64,000 bases of DNA from Patescibacteria group bacterium (GCA_041662665.1 JBAZSC010000001.1:1511-65510), one strand, 5' to 3'; counted from the first letter of the stretch, positions 28,534-37,737 are shown. A program made the numbers and translations. Notes: generated from the sequence alone by a model not told the origin.

Positions 28534-29118
28534 TTATTTCTTCTCTTCTTTTTTAGTTTTATCTTCTACTTTCTTATCTTCAACTTTTTTAGTATCTTTT
28601 TTAACTTCTTCAGTTTTAACAGCTTCTGGTTTTCCTTCTCTCTTTGCATCTTTAGCTACTTCAGCAGCTTGAGCTTCAGCTTTTTTCTTATTTTCTTCTT
28701 CTTGTTTTAATCTAATAGCTTCTTTTTCTTTTACTTCATCAAAACCCATTGCTTCTAGATCAGCAGGAGTCATTTCTTTTTCTTTTAGCTTAGATTTTTT
28801 CTTTTGCAAATTTCTTAAATAATATAATTTAGCACGTCTAACATCGCCTTTCTTGATAACTTCAAGCTTAACAATAGTTGGCAAATGAAAAGGAAATATT
28901 TTTTCTACTCCAACACCAGAAGCAATTTTTCGAACAGTAAAAGATCCATTCATTCCGCGACCGCTATTAATTCTAATAACAGTTCCTTGAAAAAACTGGA
29001 CTCTTTCTTTATCGCCTTCTTTAATTTTTTGGTATACTTTTACAGTATCGCCAGGCTCAATTGCTGGCATTTTTCTTTTGATTTGATCTTTCTCAAATTT
29101 CTTGATTAATTCTTGCAT
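28534..29118 (-). CDS. rplS: 50S ribosomal protein L19 with lysine-rich C-terminal extension
   Basis: L19 core PAIEPGDTVKVYQKIKEGDKERVQFFQGTVIRINSGRG...RRAKLYYLR; start set to MQELIKK. Confidence 0.85.
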   Translation of the reverse strand: MQELIKKFEKDQIKRKMPAIEPGDTVKVYQKIKEGDKERVQFFQGTVIRINSGRGMNGSFTVRKIASGVGVEKIFPFHLPTIVKLEVIKKGDVRRAKLYYLRNLQKKKSKLKEKEMTPADLEAMGFDEVKEKEAIRLKQEEENKKKAEAQAAEVAKDAKREGKPEAVKTEEVKKDTKKVEDKKVEDKTKKEEKK

Positions 29119-29188
29119 ACACACGAAGTTAATTAGTAATTAGTAACTAGTAACTAGCGACGTCGTCGGTCTAATTACTAATTACTAA

Positions 29189-29749
29189 TTACTTATTTTC
29201 AGTAGATATTTCAAGACCTCGTTTTTCTAATTCACTTAACACAAATTCAAGCGTCTCGCCTGGCTCTTTATCACTTGTCTCAACTACTAAATCATATATG
29301 GAAAGATTAGAAATGTCAATGCCATATATCGATTTATATCGTTTTGCTTCGCTCTTTTCTCGCATCTCTACTTTTTTTGAAGTTACATCTAATGTTTCAT
29401 TTTCGCGATGAGCAATTCTCTCTAATCTAATATCAATTGGAGCAGTCACCCATATCTTTACAAAATCATTATTCTGTTCGCGATGTGCAAACCAGCCAGA
29501 CAATCTTCCTTCGACAATGCAATTCTCATGAGAATCAGCAAAATTCATTACTTGTCGATCTAAATTAGTATCAATCGATGGGTCATTTTCGATTTGCTTA
29601 TTAAATTCTTCTACGCTTAATCCTCTTTTTTCAGCCATTTCTCGAAAAATTTTGCCAGCATAAATATAATCAAAGCTCAAAACTTTGTTTAAATTTTTGC
29701 ATAATGTTGTTGTACCGCTACCAGGTAGACCGCTAACCGTTATTTTCAT
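29189..29749 (-). CDS. cmk: cytidylate kinase, archaeal type
   Basis: MKITVSGLPGSGTTTLCKNL...IFRE...EGRLSGW...LVVETS pattern matches archaeal-type CMP kinase; start moved to the ATG after AGGTG RBS (the ORF-caller start was GTG). Confidence 0.8.
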   Translation of the reverse strand: MKITVSGLPGSGTTTLCKNLNKVLSFDYIYAGKIFREMAEKRGLSVEEFNKQIENDPSIDTNLDRQVMNFADSHENCIVEGRLSGWFAHREQNNDFVKIWVTAPIDIRLERIAHRENETLDVTSKKVEMREKSEAKRYKSIYGIDISNLSIYDLVVETSDKEPGETLEFVLSELEKRGLEISTENK

Positions 29750-29813
29750 TAATTGCACCTAATTTCTAATTTCCAATTTCTAATATTGTTATTTTAATAT
29801 TAGATATTAGAAA

Positions 29814-30509
29814 TTAGATATTAAACTTCGTTAATTCATTTAAGAATATTTGCAAATCATCTGACAGCTCAATTTCGAAAGTCTTATTTTCACCGCTTGG
29901 CAATTTGAATTTTAGATAATGCGCATGCAAGAACTGTCTTTTTAATTTAGTTGGATCTAATTTTCTAAACCGATATTCTTGGTCTCCAACAATTGGATGT
30001 CCAATCTTAGCCAAATGGACTCTGATTTGATGAGTTCTTCCAGTTTCTATTTTAACATCTAGTAAAGAAAATTTATCACCAAATTCTTTAATAACTTCAT
30101 ATCGAGTTACAGCAGGTTTGCTAGTTTTAGATAGTCTAGCTCTTACCTTACCTTTTTTTTCAAGAGAATAGACAATAATTCCTTTCTTTTCTTTCATTAT
30201 ACCATAAACTAATGCAAAATATTTCTTTTCAATTTGCCTATTCTTAAAAATATCAATTAAATAATCATAAGCCGATTTGTTTTTAGCCACAATTATCAAT
30301 CCTGAAGTATCTTTATCCAATCTATGTACAATTCCAGGTCTTAAAGACTGTCCAACATTTTTAATTTCTGGATAATTTTCAACAACAAAATCAGACAAAG
30401 TATTATCTTTATATGTATTGTCAGGATGAACAACTAGCCCAGCAGGTTTATTAATAATCAAAACATCATTATCTTCAAAAACAATATGTTTTTTTAGATC
30501 AAATTGCAT
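29814..30509 (-). CDS. RluA-family pseudouridine synthase
   Basis: 231 aa; catalytic HRLDKDTSGLIIVAKN motif. Confidence 0.85.
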   Translation of the reverse strand: MQFDLKKHIVFEDNDVLIINKPAGLVVHPDNTYKDNTLSDFVVENYPEIKNVGQSLRPGIVHRLDKDTSGLIIVAKNKSAYDYLIDIFKNRQIEKKYFALVYGIMKEKKGIIVYSLEKKGKVRARLSKTSKPAVTRYEVIKEFGDKFSLLDVKIETGRTHQIRVHLAKIGHPIVGDQEYRFRKLDPTKLKRQFLHAHYLKFKLPSGENKTFEIELSDDLQIFLNELTKFNI

Positions 30510-30633
30510 AAAATTATTTAAACATATTTTAACTTATATAAATAATCTTATCAAGTCTATCTACGAGATTTTATAAAACAAAAAAAATGCATCATAACGA
30601 TGCATTTGCTTTCTACATTCTACTTTCTGCTTG

Positions 30634-31632
30634 CTACATAGTCGGTAAAGTCATTTCCTGAACTTTATAATACATTACATATTTGCCATTATTTTTCCTC
30701 GTAACACTTGGATCGCAAATAATTTGATTTTGTTCGCTCGATAAAATAGATCTTTCTCCAGACCATTTTTCTGCATTCTTTGAAAGAGACATGCTGATTC
30801 CAGCTTTGCAATAATATAACGCATATTTCTTGCTCAATTTGGTAATATGAGGTGAAGCTCCATCTTGTGCCGAACCCTTTAGCTTGCCTTTTAATTTAAA
30901 AGTTGTTCCATTTGTGCTTGTTGCCCAAAAAAGTCCTTCATTATCGCCTGACACAACCATTATCCACTTATCGCCAACTTTCATAACAGTTGGATCAATA
31001 TACATTTTACCCTTCAAAGCAGTTGAATCTTCTTCTAACCAATTAATTCCATCTCTGGAAACTGCTGTTTTTATCTTGCTTGTTTCAGATGCAGTTGAAA
31101 AAGCGCTAGGCGGTGACATAAAATACATTCTATAATAATCATCAACTTTCACAACTTCTGGATCCCAAGCTTTTTTGCCAGAAAAATTATAAATTCGGCA
31201 TTTCCCAGGTTTTAACTTGCCATTCTCTTTAATTCTGCAATTCATAGTATCGTATTTTCCATCAACATAATAAACAATTTCTTTGTCATTAACAATTTGC
31301 ATATCTGGTACACTAGCATGGTCAATTAATTTTTTATTCTCTTTTGTCCATGTTTTGCCATCTTTAGAATTTGCACGCCAGACAGAATGATAATAAGGAT
31401 GACTGCAACAAGGTGGTACTCCTTGATCTATTTTGGGATTTTTGTGACCTGCTTTAGTTGGATCAAAATCAGGAGAAGTCGGATCAAGATAATCTGTTGA
31501 GTTTGTTGATAAACTTGCCTCGCAATAATTTTTCGCTAAAGCATTTTTAGTCTCACCTGCCGTAAAAACAAATAAAGCCAAATACAAACCAAAAATACCT
31601 AAAATGAGGCTAATAATTTTAACTTGTTTCAT
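30634..31632 (-). CDS. exported hypothetical protein, beta-propeller-like (GH43/BNR-like fold suspected)
   Basis: 332 aa; N-terminal signal/anchor; repeated D-x-x-V and W-containing strands; no confident family call. Confidence 0.4.
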   Translation of the reverse strand: MKQVKIISLILGIFGLYLALFVFTAGETKNALAKNYCEASLSTNSTDYLDPTSPDFDPTKAGHKNPKIDQGVPPCCSHPYYHSVWRANSKDGKTWTKENKKLIDHASVPDMQIVNDKEIVYYVDGKYDTMNCRIKENGKLKPGKCRIYNFSGKKAWDPEVVKVDDYYRMYFMSPPSAFSTASETSKIKTAVSRDGINWLEEDSTALKGKMYIDPTVMKVGDKWIMVVSGDNEGLFWATSTNGTTFKLKGKLKGSAQDGASPHITKLSKKYALYYCKAGISMSLSKNAEKWSGERSILSSEQNQIICDPSVTRKNNGKYVMYYKVQEMTLPTM

Positions 31633-31692
31633 TTTGTTTTTATTATTAATAATTTATATTAATAATATATCATATTTTTTGCAAAACAAAAA

Positions 31693-31765
31693 TGGACCCT
31701 ATCGGGATCGAACCGATTACCTTTTCCATGCCATGGAAACGCTCTACCAAGTGAGCTAAGGGCCC
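31693..31765 (-). tRNA. tRNA-Ala (anticodon GGC)
   Basis: minus strand gggcccttagctcacttggtagagc...atGGCat...G3:U70 identity pair present. Confidence 0.85.
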
Positions 31766-31850
31766 AAAAAACAATTAACAATTAACTTTTAACAATTAAC
31801 AAAATATACTAAAAGTTAACTGTTAAATGTTAATAGTTAATTGTTTAAAT

Positions 31851-31922
31851 TGCCCTCGAGAGGATTCGAACCTCTGCTGCTAGTTCCGAAGACTAGAGTG
31901 ATATCCGCTTCACTACGAGGGC
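31851..31922 (-). tRNA. tRNA-Arg (anticodon TCG)
   Basis: minus strand gccctcgtagtgaagcggatatcac...ctagt ctTCGga actag...ggttcgaatcctc tcgagggca. Confidence 0.8.
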
Positions 31923-31925
31923 GAT

Positions 31926-32020
31926 GGCAATGGCGGGCAGGAGACTAGAGTGATATCCGCCTTGTCTTCCGAAGTCCCGAATGGAATGAGGGACGAAGGA
32001 GGATTCACTATGAGGGCCAT
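31926..32020. repeat. partial duplication of tRNA-Arg internal sequence (tRNA-gene remnant)
   Basis: gactagagtgatatccgc repeated at 31893-31910 and 31945-31962; further scrambled tRNA-like words (cttgtcttccgaag, aggaggattcac, gagggcc). Confidence 0.5.
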
Positions 32021-32141
32021 TCAAAACTACTTTAATATAAAATCAAAGAATAATCAATCCAAAATATGATTAAGCTTGACTAATTTAATTCTTTCTATAA
32101 TATTTAGTACAGCACCCTCAACAAGGAGAAAGGAGAAAAAG

Positions 32142-32687
32142 ATGAGAAGAACACTTGTTTTTGTATTATGTCTAATATCTTCGGCTTGTGTTTATGTGCC
32201 TGGACCTGGTCCATATCCGTATTCCAATCAATCTACTGGCAATAATCTTGATGACAGCTCTGATTCATATCAAGATTTAAATGATGTTCCTGAAATTCCA
32301 GTTCCTGGACTTCCTGATATCGCAATTTCCAGTCTTCAGCCAAATGGCCAGCCAGTAATTTATTTCAATCCAATGCTTGTCGCACAAGCGGGTCCATATA
32401 TCACAAAATATACTAAGATGCATGAATATGGTCATATTATGCTTGGCCATCTCCAGAAACAATATTACGAGCGATATTTTATGACCAATCCATATAGCCA
32501 AATGTGGACTAATCATACCAGAGAATTGGAAGCAGATTGCTGGGCTACAGAACATTTAACAGAAGATCCAGCAGCAATTAGATCTGCAATAAATCTTTTT
32601 CAAAGCCAAGGAATGTTTCAAGCTAGTCCCAATCATCCTCCAGGAATTGCAAGAGCGCAAAAAATTATGGAATGTTCAAAAGAATAA
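32142..32687 (+). CDS. putative lipoprotein zinc metallopeptidase-like protein (HExxH)
   Basis: ORF 32076..32687 trimmed to MRRTLVFVLCLISSAC (lipobox-like) after AAGGAGAAAGGAG RBS; MHEYGHIMLGH motif. Confidence 0.5.
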   Translation: MRRTLVFVLCLISSACVYVPGPGPYPYSNQSTGNNLDDSSDSYQDLNDVPEIPVPGLPDIAISSLQPNGQPVIYFNPMLVAQAGPYITKYTKMHEYGHIMLGHLQKQYYERYFMTNPYSQMWTNHTRELEADCWATEHLTEDPAAIRSAINLFQSQGMFQASPNHPPGIARAQKIMECSKE

Positions 32688-32726
32688 ATCCGAAATTTCT
32701 GTTCAAGATCACAAGGAGGAGGAGAA

Positions 32727-33044
32727 ATGGCAGAGAAAAAAGCTGAAAAGAAACCATCTAGATTGTTTTATTTCTGGAAATGGATTCGCCATTATGCTGA
32801 CAATTCACAAATTTTCTTTTTAACCTTTACTCCTGCAATTGTTGTCTGTCTATGGTATGAATCAATCACAAATCCAAGAATTGCATTAAATGCTATTAGA
32901 GCAGTGATTTTTTCAGCATTTACAATAGTTTTAGTCATTTTGTTTATTGTGAATTACCTTAAGCTCAAGTCTTCTTGGCAATCATATGCCTATGACATGA
33001 TTGATTCTCAATCGCTAAGAAATGATACTAAGCAAAGTTCATAA
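32727..33044 (+). CDS. hypothetical small membrane protein
   Basis: 105 aa; AAGGAGGAGG RBS; two TM helices. Confidence 0.45.
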   Translation: MAEKKAEKKPSRLFYFWKWIRHYADNSQIFFLTFTPAIVVCLWYESITNPRIALNAIRAVIFSAFTIVLVILFIVNYLKLKSSWQSYAYDMIDSQSLRNDTKQSS

Positions 33045-33251
33045 AAAATCCGCACTTTTTAAAGCCTATTTAACAGGCTTTTTTTATTTTTAAATCACAT
33101 CCGCTTATATCCGCATTAGAATCCGCGCATTTCCGTATCGCAAATATATAAAAATTTATGCTATATACAATAAATGCGCCCAAAACACAACAAAACAATA
33201 ATTAATGAAATAAAAAAAGAGGCGTTAACCTCTAAAAGAAAAAAAAGAACT

Positions 33252-34997
33252 TCAGCGTGCAACCTGCAAGCTGTATCCATTCGGATCATCATGAAGACTG
33301 ACATCAAGTCCAGGAGTAGGACTTGCAACATCAGGCGTCAACAACATCCAGTTGCCAAGCGTGCTCGAGAAATTGAAGTAGACATATGCCATCGTTGTCG
33401 GCAACGGATAGGTCATCATCTTCAATGCTTCGTCATACTGACCATGCACGTAATCACGCAGATAGTATTCGTTGCTGACAGGATCGAAAGCATACTCTTC
33501 AGTCCAGAAATAAACTCCAGGCCAATTCACTGCTTCATCACCCATCAGATAGATGTTGGAAGCGTCAGCGAAGACATCCAGACCATGTGTCATCTGAGCG
33601 ATCACATGTTCGTCAGTCACACCATCGCAGTCGTTGTCGATTCCGTCAGGAAATTCGATCGCCTGCGGATGAATCTGATCGTTGTTGTCATCGCAATCAA
33701 CTGCATCCGGATAACTATCAGAATCAACATCGTCTGCATTGACGCATGCTTCTTCATCAGTCTCACCATCGCAGTCGTTGTCCAATGCATCGCAAGTTTC
33801 CGGAACCGGATTCATCGGCACAGCATTGCAATAGGTCTTGTTCGGCGAAAGCTGGTCCGGATTACAGATCATCTCGCCAAGAGTTGCGCATTCGCCAACC
33901 CCAACCATGCAAGGATCGCCAAGTCCAATGAAGTCTTCGTCAGTCTTGCCATCGCAGTTATTGTCAATGCCGTCGCAGATCTCCGGAGTTCCAGAGTTCA
34001 GAACAGCATTGCAGACCATCTGGCCATCAGCATTGCACATGAATGTTCCAACCGAAACGCAATTGCCATCGCCAACGAAGCATTCTGCACCCAAGCCAAT
34101 GAAATCATCGTCCACCAAACCATCGCAGTCATTGTCCTTGCCATCGCAGATCTCATCAGTTCCATCGATCACGGCAGCATTGCATTCCAGACCAGAGCCA
34201 TCCGCAGTGCAGATATACACGCCCTGGTTGAAACAAACGCCAACTCCGCGTTCACATGTCTGATTCAGATTCACGAAGTCCTCGTCAGTCGATCCATCGC
34301 AGTCATTGTCCTTGCCATCACAAGCTTCTGCAACTGGCGAAACCTCACCTTCACAATTCCAGTTGCCATTCGTGCAAGTGTTGATACCAGGATTGCATTC
34401 ACCTTCCGAAATCCCACAAGGCATCGTCATCTGATCAGTGACGCCATCGCAATCGTTGTCGACATTGTCACAGACTTCTTCAGAAGGCAAACCTTCAACA
34501 GCATCGCACTTCATCGTGTCCTTGCTTCCGCTGCAGATATAGAATCCAGCAGATTCACAAGCACCGATACCAACAAGGCAAGGCTGATTCAGCATCACGT
34601 AATCTTCATCAACTGCATCATCGCAATCGTTGTCCTTGTAATCGCAGAGCTCAAGAGCACCAGGATAGACATCGGAATTGCGAGGATCGCAGTCAACAGT
34701 GCAATCGTCATAGGAATCGCCATCGAAATCAGCATAGTCCACAATCTGATCGCAGTTGTTGTCAATCAAATCACCACAGATTTCTTCAGCTCCAGGCTTG
34801 ATCGACGAATTATTGTCATTGCAATCGCCTGTTTCAGGAGTGAATCCATCGCCATCCTGATCGTTTCCACAGTAATTGTAAACTTCATTCATCGGCTTTG
34901 AAATCGTGTTCAGATCCTGATTGTCATCATTGGTTGCATCGAAACATCCACAAACAGAAACCAACATCAACAATACACACAATCTCTGCTGTCTCAT
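33252..34997 (-). CDS. secreted Cys-rich repeat protein with >=9 C-D-x-x-D-N-D-C-D-G-x-x-D-E putative metal-binding repeats; visibly GC-rich (foreign-looking) gene
   Basis: 581 aa; signal peptide MRQQRLCVLLMLVSVCGC; repeats CDGKDNDCDGSTDED etc.; CAGGAGGGCGAG RBS; antisense ORF 33174..34901 judged spurious. Confidence 0.65.
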   Translation of the reverse strand: MRQQRLCVLLMLVSVCGCFDATNDDNQDLNTISKPMNEVYNYCGNDQDGDGFTPETGDCNDNNSSIKPGAEEICGDLIDNNCDQIVDYADFDGDSYDDCTVDCDPRNSDVYPGALELCDYKDNDCDDAVDEDYVMLNQPCLVGIGACESAGFYICSGSKDTMKCDAVEGLPSEEVCDNVDNDCDGVTDQMTMPCGISEGECNPGINTCTNGNWNCEGEVSPVAEACDGKDNDCDGSTDEDFVNLNQTCERGVGVCFNQGVYICTADGSGLECNAAVIDGTDEICDGKDNDCDGLVDDDFIGLGAECFVGDGNCVSVGTFMCNADGQMVCNAVLNSGTPEICDGIDNNCDGKTDEDFIGLGDPCMVGVGECATLGEMICNPDQLSPNKTYCNAVPMNPVPETCDALDNDCDGETDEEACVNADDVDSDSYPDAVDCDDNNDQIHPQAIEFPDGIDNDCDGVTDEHVIAQMTHGLDVFADASNIYLMGDEAVNWPGVYFWTEEYAFDPVSNEYYLRDYVHGQYDEALKMMTYPLPTTMAYVYFNFSSTLGNWMLLTPDVASPTPGLDVSLHDDPNGYSLQVAR

Positions 34998-35483
34998 CTT
35001 CTCGCCCTCCTGTTGTGGAGACCCGCAGGTCTCTCTGTTGTCGGACCCAATATTCCAATATATATACGTAGAAAGAGCAATACCAGAATATAATCTATTT
35101 TTTAGAATATGTCAAGCCTTTTGGCTAGAATTAGGACAAAAAAGCAAAATTTAGGAATAAATAATAAATTGCTTTTTCTAAGCCAAAATAACAGCAATTA
35201 AAACCTAAATTCAAAGATTGCTATATTTTGCTTATTTTAAGCCAAAATAACAATATTCGTAATTCGTATCATTTGCATTTATTCGTATATTTGTATTATA
35301 TTTAGGAAATACTATTGACAAAAATATAATAGTATGCTACTCTTAATAGCTGTGTTAAAAGCCTCAAAAATAAACAATAGTACCTAAAAACCTATTTTCG
35401 CCTCAAATTTGAGAGAAAGGAAGCATCAGATATTTAATATTAGTTATTCAGATCTTCTATCTTTTTCTCAATTTTGAGGCAAT

Positions 35484-35506
35484 TTCCTTCCAGTGCTGGA
35501 AGGACG
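35484..35506 (+). promoter_or_regulatory. perfect palindrome/hairpin tccttccagtgctggaagga upstream of small-peptide ORF
   Basis: ccttccag words recur in the 70-bp direct repeats at 35644-35713 and 36036-36105. Confidence 0.4.
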
Positions 35507-35521
35507 GTCAAGGAGGATTGA

Positions 35522-35608
35522 ATGGAGAACTTCGACATCGCGGTTGCTCTGGTACTCATTGCAGCGCTGTCCTTCGGGCTCGGCTACTGGCTTCGTGGAA
35601 GGCACTAG
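35522..35608 (+). CDS. small hydrophobic peptide (28 aa) MENFDIAVALVLIAALSFGLGYWLRGRH, type I toxin-like
   Basis: AAGGAGGATTG RBS 6 nt upstream; single TM helix + basic/aromatic C-terminus; GC-rich. Confidence 0.35.
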   Translation: MENFDIAVALVLIAALSFGLGYWLRGRH

Positions 35609-35643
35609 CCTTCCGCACTTTGCTACCCGCACCTTGCTACCTG

Positions 35644-35713
35644 CCGTATTCGATCTCTGATCGTCTACGGCCCTTCCAGAGTTTACAAATATCTTTTGTA
35701 GATTGTGGAAGGA
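35644..35713. repeat. 70-bp direct repeat, copy 1 (ccgtattcgatct...ggcccttccagagtttacaaat...ttgtagattgtggaagga)
   Basis: near-identical copy at 36036-36105; contains the ccttccaga...tggaagg hairpin. Confidence 0.65.
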
Positions 35714-35757
35714 TAGTTCACTACAGGAGATAGCTCCTGTCAAAAGAGGAGGACACA

Positions 35758-35988
35758 ATGTTGTCCGCAGCGTTGCTCGGGATCCTGGTGTGGGTGGCGA
35801 TCGTGGTCTTCTGCGGGATCATGGTACCCTGCGGGATGGCAATCGTCGATCGTAAGATCGACGACATCAAGCTCATCCCCGGGTTCACGATGGAGATGGC
35901 GAAGCGGACGTGGTTCGTCTTGCCCATCGTCATCGTGTGCAACATGATCTTCGTGGCTGCACTCACGTTCTACCAGACCGGTCTCTGA
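35758..35988 (+). CDS. small two-TM membrane protein (76 aa), GC-rich
   Basis: AAGAGGAGGACACA RBS; flanked on both sides by the 70-bp direct repeat. Confidence 0.45.
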   Translation: MLSAALLGILVWVAIVVFCGIMVPCGMAIVDRKIDDIKLIPGFTMEMAKRTWFVLPIVIVCNMIFVAALTFYQTGL

Positions 35989-36035
35989 TCTTCTCACGAT
36001 CTTCCTTTCGCTTCTTCACAGCTCTTTGCTACTAG

Positions 36036-36105
36036 CCGTATTCGATCTTCGATCGTTTTACGGCCCTTCCAGAGTTTACAAATCATTTTGTAGATTGTGG
36101 AAGGA
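36036..36105. repeat. 70-bp direct repeat, copy 2
   Basis: ccgtattcgatcttcgatcgttttacggcccttccagagtttacaaatcattttgtagattgtggaagga. Confidence 0.65.
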
Positions 36106-36416
36106 AAAAATAATTAACTTCAATGTTACAAAACATTATAAAAGCAAAGATTTATGATCTTTATACAAGATTCATAACATCTCCAATTGGTTTATATCTA
36201 GTTTTCAAAAAATAACAAACGTCCCCCATTGTCCGCCAAAGTCTCAAGACGAAGGCGGATAATTGGGGGATTTTTGTTTTCAATAAAATCTGTTAAAATC
36301 AAAGTAGTTATAAAGTCCTTAAAGTTATAAAGTTTATAAAGTCTACGACTTTCCGAACTTTATAACTTTAAAAACTTTACAAACTTTGTGAACTTCGTGA
36401 TTTAAAGATTTCTATA

Positions 36417-37505
36417 ATGAAAAAAAATAAAATAATAATTATAATAAGTGTTATTATATTGGCGATAATTCTGTCTCTTGTTTTTGTCAAATTCAAAACT
36501 GCCAAGCCTAATCCTCTGAAAAACTGGACTCTCAAACAAAAAGTCGGTCAATTGATGATAGTCAACTTCAATGGAACAGAACCAGATTATTATATTAACA
36601 AAATGATTTTGGAGCGAAATGTCGGCGGTGTGATTTTGATGGGAGCAAATATCAAAGACAATGATCAAATCAAAACTTTGACCAATGCTTTGCAATATAA
36701 TACGACTATAAATGAAAAGCAAATTCCTCTTTTTATTTCAATTGATCAAGAGGGAGGAATAGTTACGAGATTGCAAGATGTCGAACATACAGCAGAGAAA
36801 GATATTAAGACTGAAGAACAAGCAATAAAAGTTGCTAAAACAAGAGGAGAACAACTATTATCTTTGGGCATTAATATTAATCTAGCTCCTGTCTTAGATT
36901 TTTCAACTGACAAAAATTCATTTATTTATTCTCGAACTTTCGAAAATAATTTAGCAGAAACATCAAAATTAGCAGTTGCAACTGCTAAAGGTTATAACCA
37001 AGCTAAAATTATTTATGTTCCAAAACATTTTCCAGGTCATTTTAATTCTGTGATTGATTCACATCAAGAATTACCAATGATTTTAGAATCAGAAAAAGAA
37101 ATGTTAAATAATACAAAGCCATTTCAAGAAGTTATCAACAATCAAGACCCAAAAATCATCATGACCTCTCACACACTTTATCCAAAAATTGATCCAAAAT
37201 ATCCAGCTACATTATCCAAAAAAATATTAACTGATATTCTAAGGAAAAAATTAAAATATAATGGACTAATCATGACTGACGATTTAAGCATGAAAGCTTT
37301 AACAAAAAAGTACACTCTTGAAGAAATAGCAATCAAAGCTTTGCAAGCTTCCAATGATATTCTTCTCTTCATTGGCGAGCCAGAAGAACAAGTCAACGTT
37401 TACAATGCCATTATTAAAGCAGTTGAAGACAAAAAAATATCAGAAAAAGAGATAGATGAAAAAGTTATCAAGATTCTAGAACTCAAAAATCAGATGCAAG
37501 AATAA
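36417..37505 (+). CDS. glycoside hydrolase family 3 beta-N-acetylhexosaminidase (NagZ-like), membrane anchored
   Basis: 362 aa; GH3 N-domain pattern ...KHFPGHF...D...MTSH.. and catalytic Asp region LIMTDDLSM. Confidence 0.75.
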   Translation: MKKNKIIIIISVIILAIILSLVFVKFKTAKPNPLKNWTLKQKVGQLMIVNFNGTEPDYYINKMILERNVGGVILMGANIKDNDQIKTLTNALQYNTTINEKQIPLFISIDQEGGIVTRLQDVEHTAEKDIKTEEQAIKVAKTRGEQLLSLGININLAPVLDFSTDKNSFIYSRTFENNLAETSKLAVATAKGYNQAKIIYVPKHFPGHFNSVIDSHQELPMILESEKEMLNNTKPFQEVINNQDPKIIMTSHTLYPKIDPKYPATLSKKILTDILRKKLKYNGLIMTDDLSMKALTKKYTLEEIAIKALQASNDILLFIGEPEEQVNVYNAIIKAVEDKKISEKEIDEKVIKILELKNQMQE

Positions 37506-37508
37506 ATT

Positions 37509-37536
37509 TTTACAAAAATTAAAAAAATGTTATAAT
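37509..37536 (+). promoter_or_regulatory. promoter with extended -10 (TTTACA-N16-TGtTATAAT)
   Basis: tttacaaaaattaaaaaaatgttataat directly upstream of the 59-aa ORF. Confidence 0.5.
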
Positions 37537-37556
37537 ATTTATATAAAAAGAATAAT

Positions 37557-37736
37557 ATGACATACGAAGAATACAAAAATCTAAAACCTCATTTTTCTCA
37601 CGCAAAACCATCAAAAAGGATACCAAAGCATGACCCTAAGTTAATTCAGGAATTACTTGAACTTGCAAAAAAAAATCATGAAATAAGAGAAAAATGGGAA
37701 GCAAAGCATGGAATAAGTAATGAGTACTATATCTAA
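37557..37736 (+). CDS. hypothetical small protein (59 aa), possible antitoxin-like partner
   Basis: below the ORF-track cut-off; ATG at 37557; stop TAA overlaps the start of the next ORF (taATATG). Confidence 0.3.
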   Translation: MTYEEYKNLKPHFSHAKPSKRIPKHDPKLIQELLELAKKNHEIREKWEAKHGISNEYYI

Positions 37737-37737
37737 T

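Noticed and set aside
28436-28672. 78-aa plus-strand ORF
   Set aside because: It lies over tRNA-Leu(GAG) and the 3' end of rplS on the opposite strand and has no RBS. It is spurious.
33174-34901. 575-aa plus-strand ORF antisense to the Cys-rich repeat protein gene
   Set aside because: Its composition (I/R/V-rich, no RBS, no signal) and perfect antisense overlap with a gene that has a signal peptide, repeats and a strong RBS indicate an artefact of the GC-rich repeat structure.
35300-35345. Promoter call at ttgacaaaaatataatagtatgct
   Set aside because: It has a perfect TTGACA, but no -10 hexamer at a 16-18 nt spacing could be fixed unambiguously. It is noted only as promoter-like AT-rich sequence with the recurring 'ttttaagccaaaataaca' direct repeat upstream.
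35518-35997. Alternative-frame GC-rich ORFs (35468..35758, 35518..35733, 35721..35966, 35740..35997 on either strand)
   Set aside because: These are high-GC frame artefacts. Only the two ORFs with canonical GGAGG RBSs and hydrophobic-helix products (35522..35608, 35758..35988) were retained, and even those at modest confidence.
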